A stretch of 63,189 nucleotides of DNA, the filler included, from Craspedostauros australis (Eukaryota), in the NCBI GenBank assembly GCA_030167865.1. It is 9 parts of 9 records of this genome, joined end to end, with 100 filler letters (N's around TTAATTAATTAA, not from the genome) between each part and the next. Parts side by side here need not be neighbours in the genome. Positions count along the whole stretch, not along the records: positions 1 to 30,707 come from JALAGF010004567.1; 8 more parts are not named here. One strand, written 5' to 3'. Shown here piece after piece: positions 1 through 13,375 of this stretch. Numbering within the stretch: position 1 is the first letter of the stretch; each line of letters begins with the position of its first letter. Made by a program: the position numbers and the translations under genes. A model generated the notes under the pieces. The model was not told the DNA's origin. It saw only the letters and a program-made list of their open reading frames with translations, and ran no database searches.

Positions 1-2700
1 AGTTCCATACAGCACAGTTCAGGGGAGGAACGTCTTCACTGGAGGTACTGGGAAAGCAAGAATGTTGTGGTGGGTTTGTCAAGTTTTCTTGTGATGGAAT
101 ACACCATCCCCTGTGATGTTCCGCAGGTTCTTGCTTGCCCTGCAGAACTTGTTCGTCTTTGGGTTCAGCTTGAGAAACTCTTAATGGAGCGTCTTGGATG
201 ATTGCTGATCTGCCTCTGGAATTTCGGGGAAGGCAAACGCCAAGAGCAAACGGGATGCATCTTCAGGAACGTTCTCAGAATGATGCAAGAGGCCAAGGGA
301 AAACCTCGTTTCTACAATGCGCAGGATGTTTGCTTTTTGTCCCCTGTCACCCAATCGAGTGTTCATGTGAGTCAGTGGTTGTGGGAAAGGGATCCACAGT
401 TGCGTGAGAAGACAGATGAGGTTGGTGCGGAACAAAGTGAAGCCATTCGGACATGGAGAACCTGTGTTGCATTTGCCACAAGGCGCACTTACCGATCACA
501 ATCAGAGCTCCTCTCACACCATAGACACATATGCATGGTGAAGCACCTGAATCATTTCTTCGTCTGCCCGGAAGAGTGAGCAACATGTTTCATCTTGTGC
601 ATTCAGATATAGATGGGTGCTAGTTGGGAAATTGTGCACATGTTCCACATTTCCGAGGCGACTCCCCTTTCAGCTCTGTGTTCTGAGTTGTTCTCGTCTT
701 CATCTCTACAATGAATACCTCATTGTGTGCATCATTCGTTGGATCCCCCCACAATGCTCAGGAAATCGATGGAGGCACGTACGTAAGTTTTGCTCTGTTT
801 CCGGACGAGGCCAGCATGAAATGCAGCCTTGATGGTCGTGTTTATTCCACCCACACGTTCGCAGTCCATGACTGCTCTCATCAGTAGTTCCTCGTCTGCG
901 TGTCCCAGACATGTGTAGGCATAGGATTTACCATGCCAGACCTTCATGAACCATGCCTGCAAAGCTGTCTTTGCAAGCCGTTGCTGCAGTTCCAGTAACT
1001 GGAGTGATGCGGTGCCATCACTTCCTTTGCTGAGCACATCATTTTTGTTGCGTTCTCCTTGTGTATCAGTATGGTGACTGGAGTTACTGTTCCTTGTTGC
1101 TGCTGTGGCTTAGTCTGCATTGTTGGATGGGGATGAAGGATTGCTGTGCTCTGAGCTACCTCTATTGTCACGTGCAGCTGTGCTATCATCTGGTAGGAAT
1201 GCGTCAGTGAATGCTGATGTGTCTGCAGCCTCTGCTCTACTGGAAGCACCTGCATTCGACACGGATGTGGCAGTAGTGGGTGGACCAGAGGCAGATGTGC
1301 TCGATGCTGCAGTGTCGGAAGCTGGCATGCCTGATGTGCAAGGGGTTGGTGTGTTGAATGTGGACGATGTGGATTGTGAGGCAGGTGAGCCTGAAGTCTT
1401 GGGCGCAGATGCCGCAGCTGCGGCTTCTTCAGTGGGGTGTGTGTTACATGCCGAAGTTGAAGATATGGAGGATTGAGCTGGAGATGAAGGGAGAGCGAAA
1501 GTGCTGGCAACTGAGGTTGTAGATGTTCAAGTCTGCCAGCAGACAAAGATTGTCCTTGATGGCAGTGGACGGACTTTGTGCGCCTTGATGCTGGTGTGAA
1601 CCGAGATGGCCTCGTCCATCTAGAAGCAGATGACCTCGTGCTGTGCGTTGTAGATGTGGATGGAGGAGGAGCTGATGTGGCAGACATCAATGCAGACGAT
1701 GTGAATGAAGGGGAGGCACAACAACTGCATGTACTAGGTGCAATTGTATACCTGCCAGAGTTGTGGTTGATGCTGGCTGCAGCATCACTTGACTGCTGGG
1801 TTGCAGCAGCCTGGGCAACACTGACTCCCTTCTCACGGGCGATGCCGTGCGGGTCCTGCAGTTGTTTGTCGTCTGGCTAGGAGATGGAATGGAATAGTTT
1901 GCATTGGTCAAAGCAGTCATCATTGCAGTCTTGTAGAGGATGTCCATGTCCATTGAAAGCTGCTTCATGCACAGCCCTTGAAAACGGTTTGGCGGCACCA
2001 TGCAGTGCTTGCAATTTGCGTTCCCATGGGTGCTCAGGGTGAGGCTGAGCTTGTTTTGCAGCGTCTTGGCTGGATGCTTGTTTCCATTGCGCGAGCACAG
2101 ACAGGTGCAGACTTTCTGCTGAGCAGTCATCCTCTGACCATTGCGCAACAGAGGCTCGTAGGTTGGCCTCCAATTTCGATGAGTTGTCTTGTTCATTTGT
2201 GAGCCCCTTGTAGTGCACCTTTGCATCAAGCAAGGCCATTCCCACAGCAACACAAACTCTGCCATGTTGGGATCCAGCATCTTCCATTGCAGGCCCATAG
2301 AAGCCACTCGTTCTGGTTCTGTCAGAACTGGTTGTTCAACAATTCCGGATGTGCTGATTGCAGATGTGCTGGTTGTAGTTGTGTTAGTGCGAGCATCATT
2401 GGGGATGATGATGTTGGCGGCAGCAACAATGGCAGCAATCAGCATGGCTGCTGGTGCATCGTTGGCCACATGAGCATTGCCAACACGGTAGACTCCAGTA
2501 TCGACGTTGTTGGTGTCAACATTGCTTTCGTTGTGGACACCAAGGATGCCATCATTGTTGTCACTGTCAAGATCGATTGGGGCATCAATAACCCAGTCTT
2601 TGTATGAACTGTCAGTGTCATTGTTGCTGTGGTTGGTGGTGTCTGCTATGTGCTCGATGAAGGATGCGATGTCAGGCAAAGAACTCACGATGAAACAAGC
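1..2700 (-). pseudogene. Heavily decayed coding remnant, possibly a Mutator/MULE-like transposase
   Basis: Broken minus-strand frames give fragments such as YTCLGH, FRCFTMHMCLWC...RLVANATQVL, WVTGDKKQT and HPVCSWRL, which loosely follow MULE transposase motif order. Many stops, TG/CA-rich composition, and an adjacent palindrome cluster at 3011-3117. Confidence 0.3.
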
Positions 2701-3010
2701 TTCTTGAAGCTGGTGGGAACCTAAACAGTGTTGTATTAGAGGAACATTTGATGATGAAAGACGTTGATGGTACTGAAGGGGGCGACAATTACGATAAAAA
2801 TCTTGTGGTTACATACAAAGTTGTTGTGTTACTGTCTACAAGTCTATTGAAGTCCAAGGATGCGGTTGACAACACGTAAATCAACGCGACAAAATACGAA
2901 GCCAGCATCACAACCAGAACGCAACCGAGAGAAACAGGGAATTTGGAGGAGGTGGAGTGGTCGAAGTAGTCTTTTCTCAGATGAGCGAAATTCGACTACT
3001 TTTTTTGTGG

Positions 3011-3117
3011 TCGTAAGTGGACTCCTCAGTCCACTTACGGTAACTGGATTGAGGAGTCCACTTACGAAGCCCAAAAATGCAATGGAGTCGTAAGTGGACT
3101 CACCAGTCCACTTACGA
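3011..3117. repeat. Cluster of three ~28-bp palindromes (CGTAAGTGGACT-N4-AGTCCACTTACG), probable transposon subterminal repeats
   Basis: Perfect copies at 3012-3039 and 3088-3117; degenerate copy at 3040-3066. Confidence 0.8.
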
Positions 3118-3148
3118 AAACGCCCACACAAAAAATTCCTTACGGATA

Positions 3149-4417
3149 TTACATTGATGCAGTATGTAGGTAGGAATGCACGCGGGGGGTAGATCTCGAG
3201 TGCCTTGTTCCTCTCTCACGCGAGGCGTGGAACAGTGATGCGATGTCTTCCAAAGCAACATATGTTCGCGAGATGTGTGACTCTACGCACTTTTGGCCCA
3301 ACGCAGAGGTCACACTCTTTGTGTGAATGCCGAAAGCGGTCAGTTTGGAGCGTTCACTCGGCGGTACGAACTTCGCATCGCTCGTTTTATCCAATTGGCG
3401 ACAGACCATTGAACGTTCCTGCGCAGAGAGTTGGTTCCAGCAGAGATTCCAATCGAACAGGGTGTGTGGCAACGTCAGATGTTTAATGGATACCACAAGG
3501 CGAAGCTCCGTACTGCTGTGCTCGTACCAGGCTTGGAGGCAGCTCCATGCAGTTCCGGACACTTCTCGGAAGACAGAATGGTTGCGTTTGCTGTTGTATT
3601 GGGTCGTATGGAAGTTAAGAGTAATTGTAAGGCAGGCTAATACCAATAGAGGACATGCACATCGTGGGTGGGCAATGAAAGAAGAATGACTGGGGTGTAA
3701 GCTTGTCGTCGTCTCGGAACGAACTCGTGGAAGGTGCAGCTTCCACAACGGCCATGGCATCGGCGCGAGAGACACGGGGCGAGAGCAACGTAGAGCAGAG
3801 AGTGACTTGCGATGCGATACTCGAAGTTAAATCTTCTGCAATTCCCTTGTACTCATGCATCTACTGAATAGTCTGCCGGTGTTGTGAACTGATGGAAGAA
3901 GGAGACGTCTCTACTCTAGAGAGAGAGAGAGAGAGCTTCGTCATACAAGCCCATGCGGATGAACACCATTCGGAGATGTGCTTGTAGGCGTTTCCGCAGG
4001 GAGACATCACATCATCCATGTGGCTTATTATTATCGAGCTGATGAAAGTTGCACGATTGCTGGATGACTGCGAGCTACAAGTACGCTCTCTATTATCTGC
4101 ATCTTTCCCACTGGCACGGAGCACGATTGCGCTACGGGGGCTCTTCCTTCACCTCCCCTGATGTGATGTGATTTGGCGTACCCTAATTTGGCGCGCCGCC
4201 AAGGAGGAAGCGTGAAAGTAGCTGGTTCTGCTCGACAAGTAGACAAACTGGTCTCCTCGTACTCGCACGACTCCGAAGAGCACCAGGTAGGCGGTGTGAT
4301 ACCCACATAGTCCCGCGATGGGTGGTGTTTGTTGCGGTTGTTCCTGAACAAGGTGCTCATACATACCACACCCCTGATGCGGTCACACAGAGGGGAGCAC
4401 GAAGTCACTGTAGCCAT
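3149..4417 (-). pseudogene. Fragmented hypothetical gene remnant
   Basis: Chain of short minus-strand ORFs (4031-4417, 3861-4124, 3615-3860, 3149-3775) in shifting frames with protein-like composition; no recognisable family. Confidence 0.25.
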
Positions 4418-5159
4418 TCAGCCCAGTGACGAAACCGTCCATGCGACTTTTGGAACATGATGCCTTTCTGCGGGTCGGACAGGCGATCGATGCGCTCGGG
4501 GCTTTTTGGTCCCCGCAACCGCACCACGTCAGCGCATACACGGCCTAATGACAAAGTGACAGATGATTTCGTCGTTCGCAAAAGTCACACCCAAACCGAA
4601 CGTCGAGTACCTCACTGAGGTGTGCGAAAACGCCCTTGACGGCTGCCAAAAGAGCGAAACAGCCTCTCGTGGATGTTGTGGTGGTCTGGAGAGAGCGAAG
4701 AACAGCAGTTTCGGCACTGGAGCGAAATGTGCGAACCCAGCGTCGTTTGTGTCACTTTCGCTTTTCATCCACCACGAGCATCGCTACAACGCGGCAACAC
4801 GACCACGGTAACCATCCGGCACCGGTTGTTTGCGCCGTTCAGCTGCACTAAGTACGATTAGGCGTCTCTCGTGGACAATAGGGACAGAGAGAGAGGGAGC
4901 AGAGGGGAGAGCGAAGCAAGACAGAGAGGGAGTGGGAGTGGGACGGACAGGAGTTCAGCAGGGGTCTTGCAACAGTCCAAGAGCGTCACACACTCCGTGG
5001 ATCGCACAGGAACAGACAGCAGACCAAGATCAGACCAAAGAAGAGAGTCTCTGCCTTGCCAAAACACACAACTCATAAAAAGTGATCATCCAGAATCAAC
5101 AAACAACCGAATCAACACACTAACACTGTTACTCGTACAACACATCACAAATCTAAGCC

Positions 5160-6149
5160 ATGACTTCCGTCCTCCACACTGCCAACACCAGCGAAGCCAC
5201 CAGCGGCAGCACCACGCCAATCCACGCAAGCATGAATGTGAACATGGACACAACGCCAGCATCCTCAGCAGCAGCACCATGGTGCAACGCATCAGCACTA
5301 TCAACGCTACCAACACCTGCAAACAGCTCCGCACAAGCACAGCAGCAAAAGCACATGGCATGTGTCGTGGAATCATGTCGTCTGAACAACGGTGGCATCG
5401 CCGCCCTGGCTTCGGGCAACGCCGCGGCTTCGCTGGCCTGCTTCCGACGCGCCCTCAAGCCGCTCATCCAGCAGCTGCGCGAGGAAGCACACGACGAGAC
5501 CTTGATCGATCCATCCGCCACGCAGCAGCAGCAGAAGCTGACCTCCATGGTCCTGCCCTTCCACATCGCCGACACGGAGCGCTGCCTCGCCACCAGCTGC
5601 CCCATCGCCGCCAGCCACACCAGAAGCGACAGCGACAACAACAACGGCGTTCTGGGACAGGATGACCCACTGGCCAACCTCCACACCAGACCGTTCGGCC
5701 TCGTGGAAACCGCAATGTCCGCGGACCCGGTCGAAGACTCCAAGATCCGCTTCTCCATCGTCTGCTTCAACCTCGCCCTCGTCTTCCACCTCCAGGGCAT
5801 GCTCGAGAACAGACAGACCACGGAGCGCCTCAACAAGGCCAGATCCCTGTACCAGAACATCTACCGCCTTCTCGTCGAGAGGATACAGCAGGGCCCGACC
5901 GGCAACGCCGTCGTCGACATGCTCTTCATGGCGGTCCTCAACAACATGGCGCAGCTCGGCCAGGAGCTCGCGGATCCGCCGCTCTCCAGAACGACGACGC
6001 AACGTCTCCTGGTGGTCGCCAGCCGCGCGCAGATCACTGCCTACGGCGACGACCGCATCTCCACCTGGATGGAACAGCACTCCCGCGCCTTCCTCCTCAA
6101 CGTCGTCACCGACTCCTTTGCCCCACCAATGACTGCGGCCGCTGCCTAA
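5160..6149 (+). CDS. Hypothetical helical/TPR-like protein (329 aa) of a family common in diatoms
   Basis: Intact ORF with strong C-ending codon bias. Motifs LNNGGIAAL...ACFRRAL, IVCFNLALVFHLQG...KARSLY and AVLNNMAQL; ends in TAAAA. Confidence 0.75.
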   Translation: MTSVLHTANTSEATSGSTTPIHASMNVNMDTTPASSAAAPWCNASALSTLPTPANSSAQAQQQKHMACVVESCRLNNGGIAALASGNAAASLACFRRALKPLIQQLREEAHDETLIDPSATQQQQKLTSMVLPFHIADTERCLATSCPIAASHTRSDSDNNNGVLGQDDPLANLHTRPFGLVETAMSADPVEDSKIRFSIVCFNLALVFHLQGMLENRQTTERLNKARSLYQNIYRLLVERIQQGPTGNAVVDMLFMAVLNNMAQLGQELADPPLSRTTTQRLLVVASRAQITAYGDDRISTWMEQHSRAFLLNVVTDSFAPPMTAAAA

Positions 6150-7099
6150 AACCAACGCATTGCGAACAATCCGCGATTGCGGTAACCAGAGCGGGGAGAG
6201 ATATTTCATCGCTGGCGACCTTTCAAAGTCCGCGGCAACAATCTCTCCCGCACAGGGAGTCAATTTTCTCTTTTGGTTCCCCCATCGCTCTGGGCGCACA
6301 CCATCAGTTACACTCACGTGCCAATACCACGGTCGCACAACACAACAAATCAAGTGGCAACGTGCCATATGTCACCGCTTGATTTTGAACAAAGTACCCT
6401 TAACCAATCTAGCAATCCATAGTATCATACCGATACAACAACAAGCGTTGTCCTCTGCTCCACTCAAGAGACCTCACACCAACAGCACACTGCTTTCATT
6501 GGCTTCAAATCAAGCAGAGACGGGTACGTACGAGTGGCTCGAGCTTGTTCTAGGTAGTCCCTCGTGCCTTCACAACGACGGAAGTGACCGGTACCTATCA
6601 GCACTGGCCCAGTACCCATCACCAACGGAGAGGAAAATACCGCATTTGTTCCCATGGAAGAATATGCGTGGACGGCTTAGCCCGTAACTGCAGACGCAAA
6701 GCAGAATGACGGCAACAGGCAATCCATACCCAACCTCGATTCCACACGATGTCATAGAGTTAACAATGCATAGCTCGTGCATTGTCCATGTAGCGCAGCT
6801 TGGTTGAAGGTCAAGGTGTTGCAGACCGCCACACGATGCGACCAACAGAAATCTATAACTGAAGAACGACTGGGGTACTGATAGAGGAGGCAAGAGCGGA
6901 TACCTCATTCTACTTTCCAACAACATATCACATGTGGGATGCCATACTATCGTAGTACAAGTACAGCAGAGGCACAACCTGTGCCACCAAACATCTCAGT
7001 GCTCCCGGCAAGTGAAGTGGTCTCTCCAATGCTCCCTGTCTCATGGCCAATCAATTCTCTCGGCATCGGGAGATCCAAAAGAGGAGAGAAACCTCAAGG

Positions 7100-7103
<4 letters not shown>

Positions 7104-7135
<32 letters not shown>

Positions 7136-7140
7136 CAACA
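7104..7140. repeat. (GCA)n/(ACA) trinucleotide microsatellite
   Basis: AGCAGCAGC...AACAGCAACA run seen directly. Confidence 0.9.
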
Positions 7141-10100
7141 GTAGAAGACAAGAGAGGGATGCAACGGATCCCACAGCGCCCAATGCGGATTTTCCGTCCA
7201 CCAGTATCTCGCCGTGGATGCGCTTCCTGGCCGTGATGCTTGGGAAGGAAGAAAAAGGAATGGAACGGAAGCGAGCACCGCTGTGCCTGACGCACTTTCG
7301 CTTAGCCTCGGGATGGAGAGTGGACCTTCCCTGGACACAAGAGATGAAACCGCGCCATGGCTTCTCCTTGTGCAGGTGAAGGAAAGCTATTTGATGCGGA
7401 CGCCCGCCACCGCGTACCTACCAACCGCTCCATCTCCAGGAGGGGAGCAACGATGCGTGCATGGATGAATCAAATAGATCTTGAAGCTCAACCATGAGCA
7501 GATCATTCGCTCGAGCAACGGGATAGTCGTCATCCACCACATGGCCAAGTGACATCCCCATCTGCTCATCCAGAGAGGACTCTCTGGATGCAAAGATATA
7601 CGCAGTGTGCTCGCAACGTGGCGTGACATGACGTGACCCATGACGCGACATGGCATGATGTGACACCGTCAATGGCAGGTTGGCACCGCACGACAGAGTA
7701 CATAGAATACCTCGTATTGATACGATCTATGGTATGTATGGAACCAGACTCGCACCTCGTCAGCATGTTGACCTTGTCTGCATTTGCATCCAGTCTCTTC
7801 CCTGCGTCGCAGCCTTTTTGGATACATCCTTGACATCCGACACCGAGGTCGACGTCACAGTCCGTCCAAAGCCCCTGACAAACCGGTAGATGTCAGTCAA
7901 CGTTATCAAAGAAGCCAGCGCTATAGCGGACGCGCAAACTTTGGTGTACTCGTACCAGGATCTCCTCTGCTCTATCGGCTCGTCCGCCTTGCCGGGATTG
8001 GCTCTCGAGTTGTGCGGGTTGTGTGGGTGGCAGCTCTTCTCCAATGCAGAGCCACACCATGCTCAAAGGTGAACGTTCGTGAGTCCATGTCGCGGGAGAA
8101 GAGGTGGAGTTTGCGAAGTTTATGAAGTTTGCTTCCTGTTGTTTTCGCCTTGTTGTTCGGTTTCGGTTTTCTGATCTGTTGCTGACATCATCTGACGTGT
8201 CATGATCGCGTGTGAGGTAAGGGACGCTGTCTCTGGAGCCGCACACAGAAGACACAGAAGGAGTCTCTCCATTCCACACACATGCTGTGACATCATCACT
8301 GGTTCAACCAGGTCACCTTACTTTTGTCGTGGTGATCATCATGAGGTTTCTGCTGAGGCATGCTGTTTGATTGTATCATGACACGACTACTACGAGGGAC
8401 GAATTATGCCTGATGCTAAGCAGAATGTCAACGGAGCAACATGAAACGCATGGACGGATGGTTTGTCCAATGACATCGATCACTACGATTCGACGACACA
8501 GCGGAGGTACATACCCTTGTGCGACTACGAATAAAGTCAAGCACAAACAACGAGTACTTTTAGCCAGTTCAACCGCACCAACCTCGCTTGTTCTGTGCTT
8601 CAGCAAGGCGCATTGATTCTGTGACGTGTGGCCCAATCTCCGCCGTCCACCCGAGACTGGAGAGGGTGGTTCGCGCCACTTCAGCGAAACGATGTCACAG
8701 GCTCCTCCAACAGGTTGGCCGTGAATTCAGCCACTTTTTCTATCGTGTGTAGAACAATCGCAACGGCACTGTCTGATGACCGTAGTACGTCTACGTTAGG
8801 TACGATCTTCGAGTACAAACAAAGCCAGTGACTTGTTATCCGCCACAATGTTCTCCTCAACCATGGCGTGCTCTTTGTTGTCCAACAGAGCAGAGTACTG
8901 CGGGATGCACAGTCAAACACGACAGAGAGAGAGGACAAAACCAAAAGAGCGTAGGATTGGACCGCTGCGAGCTATCCTACATGTACTCTCCTCGACTCTG
9001 GTCTGCTATGCTCGTGCCTCATCCTCCGCGGCACCCCTGCGCAAGAGGAAAGCTCGTGCAGCAGAGAATGCATCCTGTACCATAATCGATGAACACAGAG
9101 CGGGGTAGAACGTGTGACACGTATTGAACGAGTATGGTAAAAGACAGATCACGAAGTGTGATACTGCGCTTGAGCATGTGTTGGTTGAAGGTCGTTCTTC
9201 CTGCACAGGTGTGTCAACCAACGTTCTCTCGTCCAGAGGATTGTTTGGGGCGTTGAGGCTGGCATCTGTCTGAATCTTCTTCCACGTTCACTTCGACTTC
9301 AACCTCCTCGGCAAATGGATCAGTTCAATTCAAATAGCGCATGCATCATCAACGACAATGCAGACAGTCTTCTCCTCTCTCTCCCTCTCTCCACAAGGAG
9401 TGAGAACAAGAGAGACAGACACGGCTGGATGATGGAGATTGAACGAATCCTTGCGTCTGGCTGTCGCTTTTGTTTGGAAGAAATGAAGGAATGAAACGTA
9501 CGTGCGTGTTGCACTCCCGAGCAATCGTACAAGAACAAGACGTGAACGACGATGAGAACAGAGGACATCATCAATGGAGTGATGGAGCAGCGTCTTTCGC
9601 CCATCTCGCCGAGAAGTTTGATCTTTTCTCTATTGTCACTTTGCTGTGCCCTGTTTGTTTTGTTCACACTGCGACTTGTGTGCATCTCTGCGCCGGCGGA
9701 GAATGTGAAAGCGATACCGTGTTGGTGCAGAGCCACGGACGGCGCCAAGAAGCGAATCTGTCTACCTTTGCTATGTAGCGTACGCTATGTCGAGTATAAT
9801 GCGATCTATGCCTAGGTTGTACGTGCGTAAAGTACGTGGAATCAATGTCTCCGAGCTGTCTCTCTCTCTCTTTCTCTGCACGTGTGCGCCAGAGCACTGA
9901 ACTGAGGTTGCAGCATCTGCTGGCCACCCATATCCATCACGCTTCTTCGTGCGTGTCCTATTATATCTGGGTACTTCACGTATCAGCTATGGATACTGGT
10001 GCCACTGATGTCCAAGCGTGGAGATTTGTCGCGAGTACTACTTCCACTCCAGGCATTTCGCTCTCATGCTCTGACTGCTTTGCATGAACGTCGTCATCAC

Positions 10101-11707
10101 CGGCACTGCGGCAGAGATTAAGCAGCTCGTGCTCGTGTGAGGGAATTGCGGCGGAGTATTGTGCTCCTGCGCCATGCGAGTAGTACCGCCCCAGTGGGCA
10201 TTGTGTGCGTGTGTGTATCCGTATCACACTCTCTCTGTCGTTCGCCCTGGAGAGAGCGGGTCCCAGCAATCGCAAAGGAAAAGACTGGCGCAATGCGGAC
10301 AGTATCCGAGGAGTATTGCTCCCCCCTCAGGATGTAGCGGCGACATTATGCCACGCTCGACGCGGTGATGGGGCAGACGTGAAGAGTTCGACCAAGAGTG
10401 GGGGAAAGAGTGGGGGCGGCACCAACCTCCAACGGTTACATCCGCGAATCGGGATGGCGATCACCTGAACCAATCGAGAGAAACCGGGCTTTGTAAGCAC
10501 ATCACACACTGGAGCACCGCCAAACCAAATCAGATCACCCAGGCAGGGCTTTTCCTGCCCGGTGGCACTGCATCATGTTCGTCATCAGTATTGTGCATGG
10601 TAGCGCGGGTAGGATGCGCCCGAAAGCCCTGACATACGAGCAATGTATGGTATACTACACGTGCATGAGTGCATATCTGCATGTTTTTCATCGAGCCGTC
10701 TGTGCCATCATCGTCACTGCTCTAGATCGTACACGGCCCTGTGTACTCTATGCAGTATGGTACCCTGCACTGTGCGAGGATAGAAGCGCTCCGCAATTGT
10801 CACTGTGGAAGAGTTCGGCCTCCCATCGTCGCTGTGGCGCGTGATCATTTCAGGTCATGACGCTGCCAGGCACACACAAGGCGAAACTCCGCGGGAATGG
10901 TGCGGTATCTCAACAACGTCTGGTTCATGGTTGGACGCCGACCAGACGAATGCGAGACACTGACTTTCCGACATGAAGGGTGACGATGATGCGGGGAAGC
11001 TTTTGGTGCTCTTGCCGCAACCCACCTCCTTGCTGGCAACCATCAGCCAAGCAACACCAAAAGTTTGCATCAATTCGCCAACACAAAATACATTTTGGAC
11101 GCTGAGTCGCCGAGGGGGTGAGCATCACAACTCCTCATAGCCCGACACTGCGCCACGGCACTTTTCGGCAATGATCCATTGTGCTTGTCTGACCCTCGTA
11201 CCCAACTCGAATCTGCGAATCACAACGGCGAAACGTGCGTTCGTCTCAACACAACAATTCGCGCGGCGACTGCCAAAACGAAATCGCTTCCAAAACCGAC
11301 TTGTCTGTCTGTTTCGTTGCTTGGCGCATGTGTTTGTTGTTCCTCGCATTTGTTTGTCTGTTTAGTGTTGTCGTTTCGGTGAAAGGGATCGATTTGTTCG
11401 TGCGAGCCGTTTGTATGTTTGGGAGAACACAAAGTCTGGCCATCTGCCGATCCAAGATGAAGGAGCCTCTGTATTCGCGTTAGTCTTTCTTCTTCTCACA
11501 TCACTCTGCAGACGACAAGTACAGAAGAGCGTAGACCCATCCAAGCCGTTCTGACCGGTACATACAGTGGAGTACATGGTAGTCACAGTGTCCCACCGAG
11601 TGGAATAGGGCAAGCATGCATTATATTACATTGTATTATACTGTATTAGTGTATGATAATTGTACAATGGATAGCATATACAGAATACATCCGTTTCAGT
11701 GTCACTC

Positions 11708-13375
11708 TCACTGGTCGTCATCATCGTCACTGCCATCGCCCTCCGCCACCAGCATCTTGCTCATGTAGGGACCGTCCAGCGTGTACCCCAGCTTTCTGTA
11801 GTAATGCCGCGTGCCGACACCCGAAATGACGAGAATCTTTTGCGATCCGTGCTCCTCCCTCGCAATGCGCTCCGCTTCCTCCATCAACAGCGTTCCGAAG
11901 CCCTGATGCTGGAACTTGGTGGGATCGCGCTCCGAAATGGCCACGGCCGAGCCGTAGACGTGCAGTTCGCGGATGATGCTGCAAGGAATATTGGTGATCT
12001 CCTTGAGGAATGCGGCGGAACTGGGCTTGCGCAGACGCAGCAAGCCGATGAGGATGTCCTGCGTGGGATCCTCGTACGAGATGAACGTCTCCCAACCCTC
12101 GTTGGCGACGTAATCGCGCCGAATCAATTCGACCTGATCGGGCGTGACCTGGCTGTGAATCTGCTTCATGCCGACCTCGCGCGTGCGAATGTCCCAGCAC
12201 GGCAAATCCCAATCCCTCATCTTTTGCAGCGCCAGCTCTCGCAGGTTGCCGTGCTCCACGCCGCTGCTGACCAAGGGCATCGGGATGTCTCGCTGGATGC
12301 GGTACAACCGCGTCCACGGCGGCACGAGGCTCAGGACCTTGGCGGTGAGCTCCACGAGCTGGTCCGGCGTGTAGTTCTGGTACCGTCCGGTCTTCCACAG
12401 TTCGTACAGCCCCGTGCCACGGATGACCAGAGTCGGATACAGCTTCATTCCGTCGCTGCGAAAGAGGGGATTCTCAAAGTACTCCTGGAATCCTTCGAGA
12501 TCGCGCTCGTATCCCATGTTGGGCAGATCCGGCATCATGTGCGTGACGACCTTGAACCCGCAGTCCTTGGCCAGGTGGAAGGAATGACAGACGGCAGCGA
12601 CGGTGTGGCCGCGGTTGGTCTCGCGCGCGACATTCTCGTAGATGGACTGCACGCCGATCTCGATGCGCGTGCATCCGTAGCTGAGCATCTCCTCTAGATG
12701 TGGCTTGAGGCAGTAATCGGGGCGCGTCTCGATCGTGATGCCGATGCACTTGGTCTTGGACTGTTCGGAATATCGGATGGATTCGGCGACGGAGTTTGAG
12801 TTGTATCCCGACAGGGCGTCGTGGAGGTTGCGCACGAAGTAGTCCTTGTACTCCTTGTCGAGGCTGAGGAAGGTGCCGCCCATGACGATGAACTCGACCT
12901 TGTCCACATCGTGGCCGATCGCCTTGAGCTGCGCCACGCGGCCCGTGACCTGCGAGTAGGGATCGTAGCGGGCCCGGATGGCGCGCATGGAGGTTGGTTC
13001 GTATCCCGTGTAGGCCTGCGTGCTGTACTCGAAGTCGGAGTCCGGTCCGCCGGGACAGTAGACGCAGACGTTGCCCGTGTAGGCGATGTGCGGACATCGA
13101 TGCGGCTTGCTCATGACGGCCACCACGGCAACGCCCGAAGCGGTCCGCACAGGCTTCGTCTTGAGGTACGGCCAGAGCTTGGAGCGGTACTGGATCGGCA
13201 GCGCCTGCAGGATGTCGGCCATCTTGGGGATGCCCTTGAGCTTGAACTTCTTGGAGGCGGTGCCCTTGAGCCTCGTGAAGTTGAGCGTCTCGCCATCCTC
13301 GTACGCCTTGATCAGGTCGTTCACGATGAACGAGATCGCCAGCGCGTAGTTAGACTTTGCGGACGATGTCGCCAT
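11708..13375 (-). CDS. ELP3: Elongator complex protein 3 (radical SAM + GNAT acetyltransferase), 555 aa, intronless
   Basis: [24 protein letters not shown]...CVYCPGG (Fe-S cysteines), IMGGTF-like [55 protein letters not shown]. Probable start is the ATG at 13375 (MATSSAK); the upstream ORF extension is low-complexity. Confidence 0.97.
   Translation of the reverse strand: MATSSAKSNYALAISFIVNDLIKAYEDGETLNFTRLKGTASKKFKLKGIPKMADILQALPIQYRSKLWPYLKTKPVRTASGVAVVAVMSKPHRCPHIAYTGNVCVYCPGGPDSDFEYSTQAYTGYEPTSMRAIRARYDPYSQVTGRVAQLKAIGHDVDKVEFIVMGGTFLSLDKEYKDYFVRNLHDALSGYNSNSVAESIRYSEQSKTKCIGITIETRPDYCLKPHLEEMLSYGCTRIEIGVQSIYENVARETNRGHTVAAVCHSFHLAKDCGFKVVTHMMPDLPNMGYERDLEGFQEYFENPLFRSDGMKLYPTLVIRGTGLYELWKTGRYQNYTPDQLVELTAKVLSLVPPWTRLYRIQRDIPMPLVSSGVEHGNLRELALQKMRDWDLPCWDIRTREVGMKQIHSQVTPDQVELIRRDYVANEGWETFISYEDPTQDILIGLLRLRKPSSAAFLKEITNIPCSIIRELHVYGSAVAISERDPTKFQHQGFGTLLMEEAERIAREEHGSQKILVISGVGTRHYYRKLGYTLDGPYMSKMLVAEGDGSDDDDDQ

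Noticed and set aside
7300..9320. Broken minus-strand frames with protein-like stretches
   Set aside because: Possibly pseudogenes, but no family could be recognised and there are many stops.
11699..12697. 332-aa plus-strand ORF (and 12821-13486) antisense to ELP3
   Set aside because: Shadow of strong GC3 codon bias on the coding strand; no motifs.
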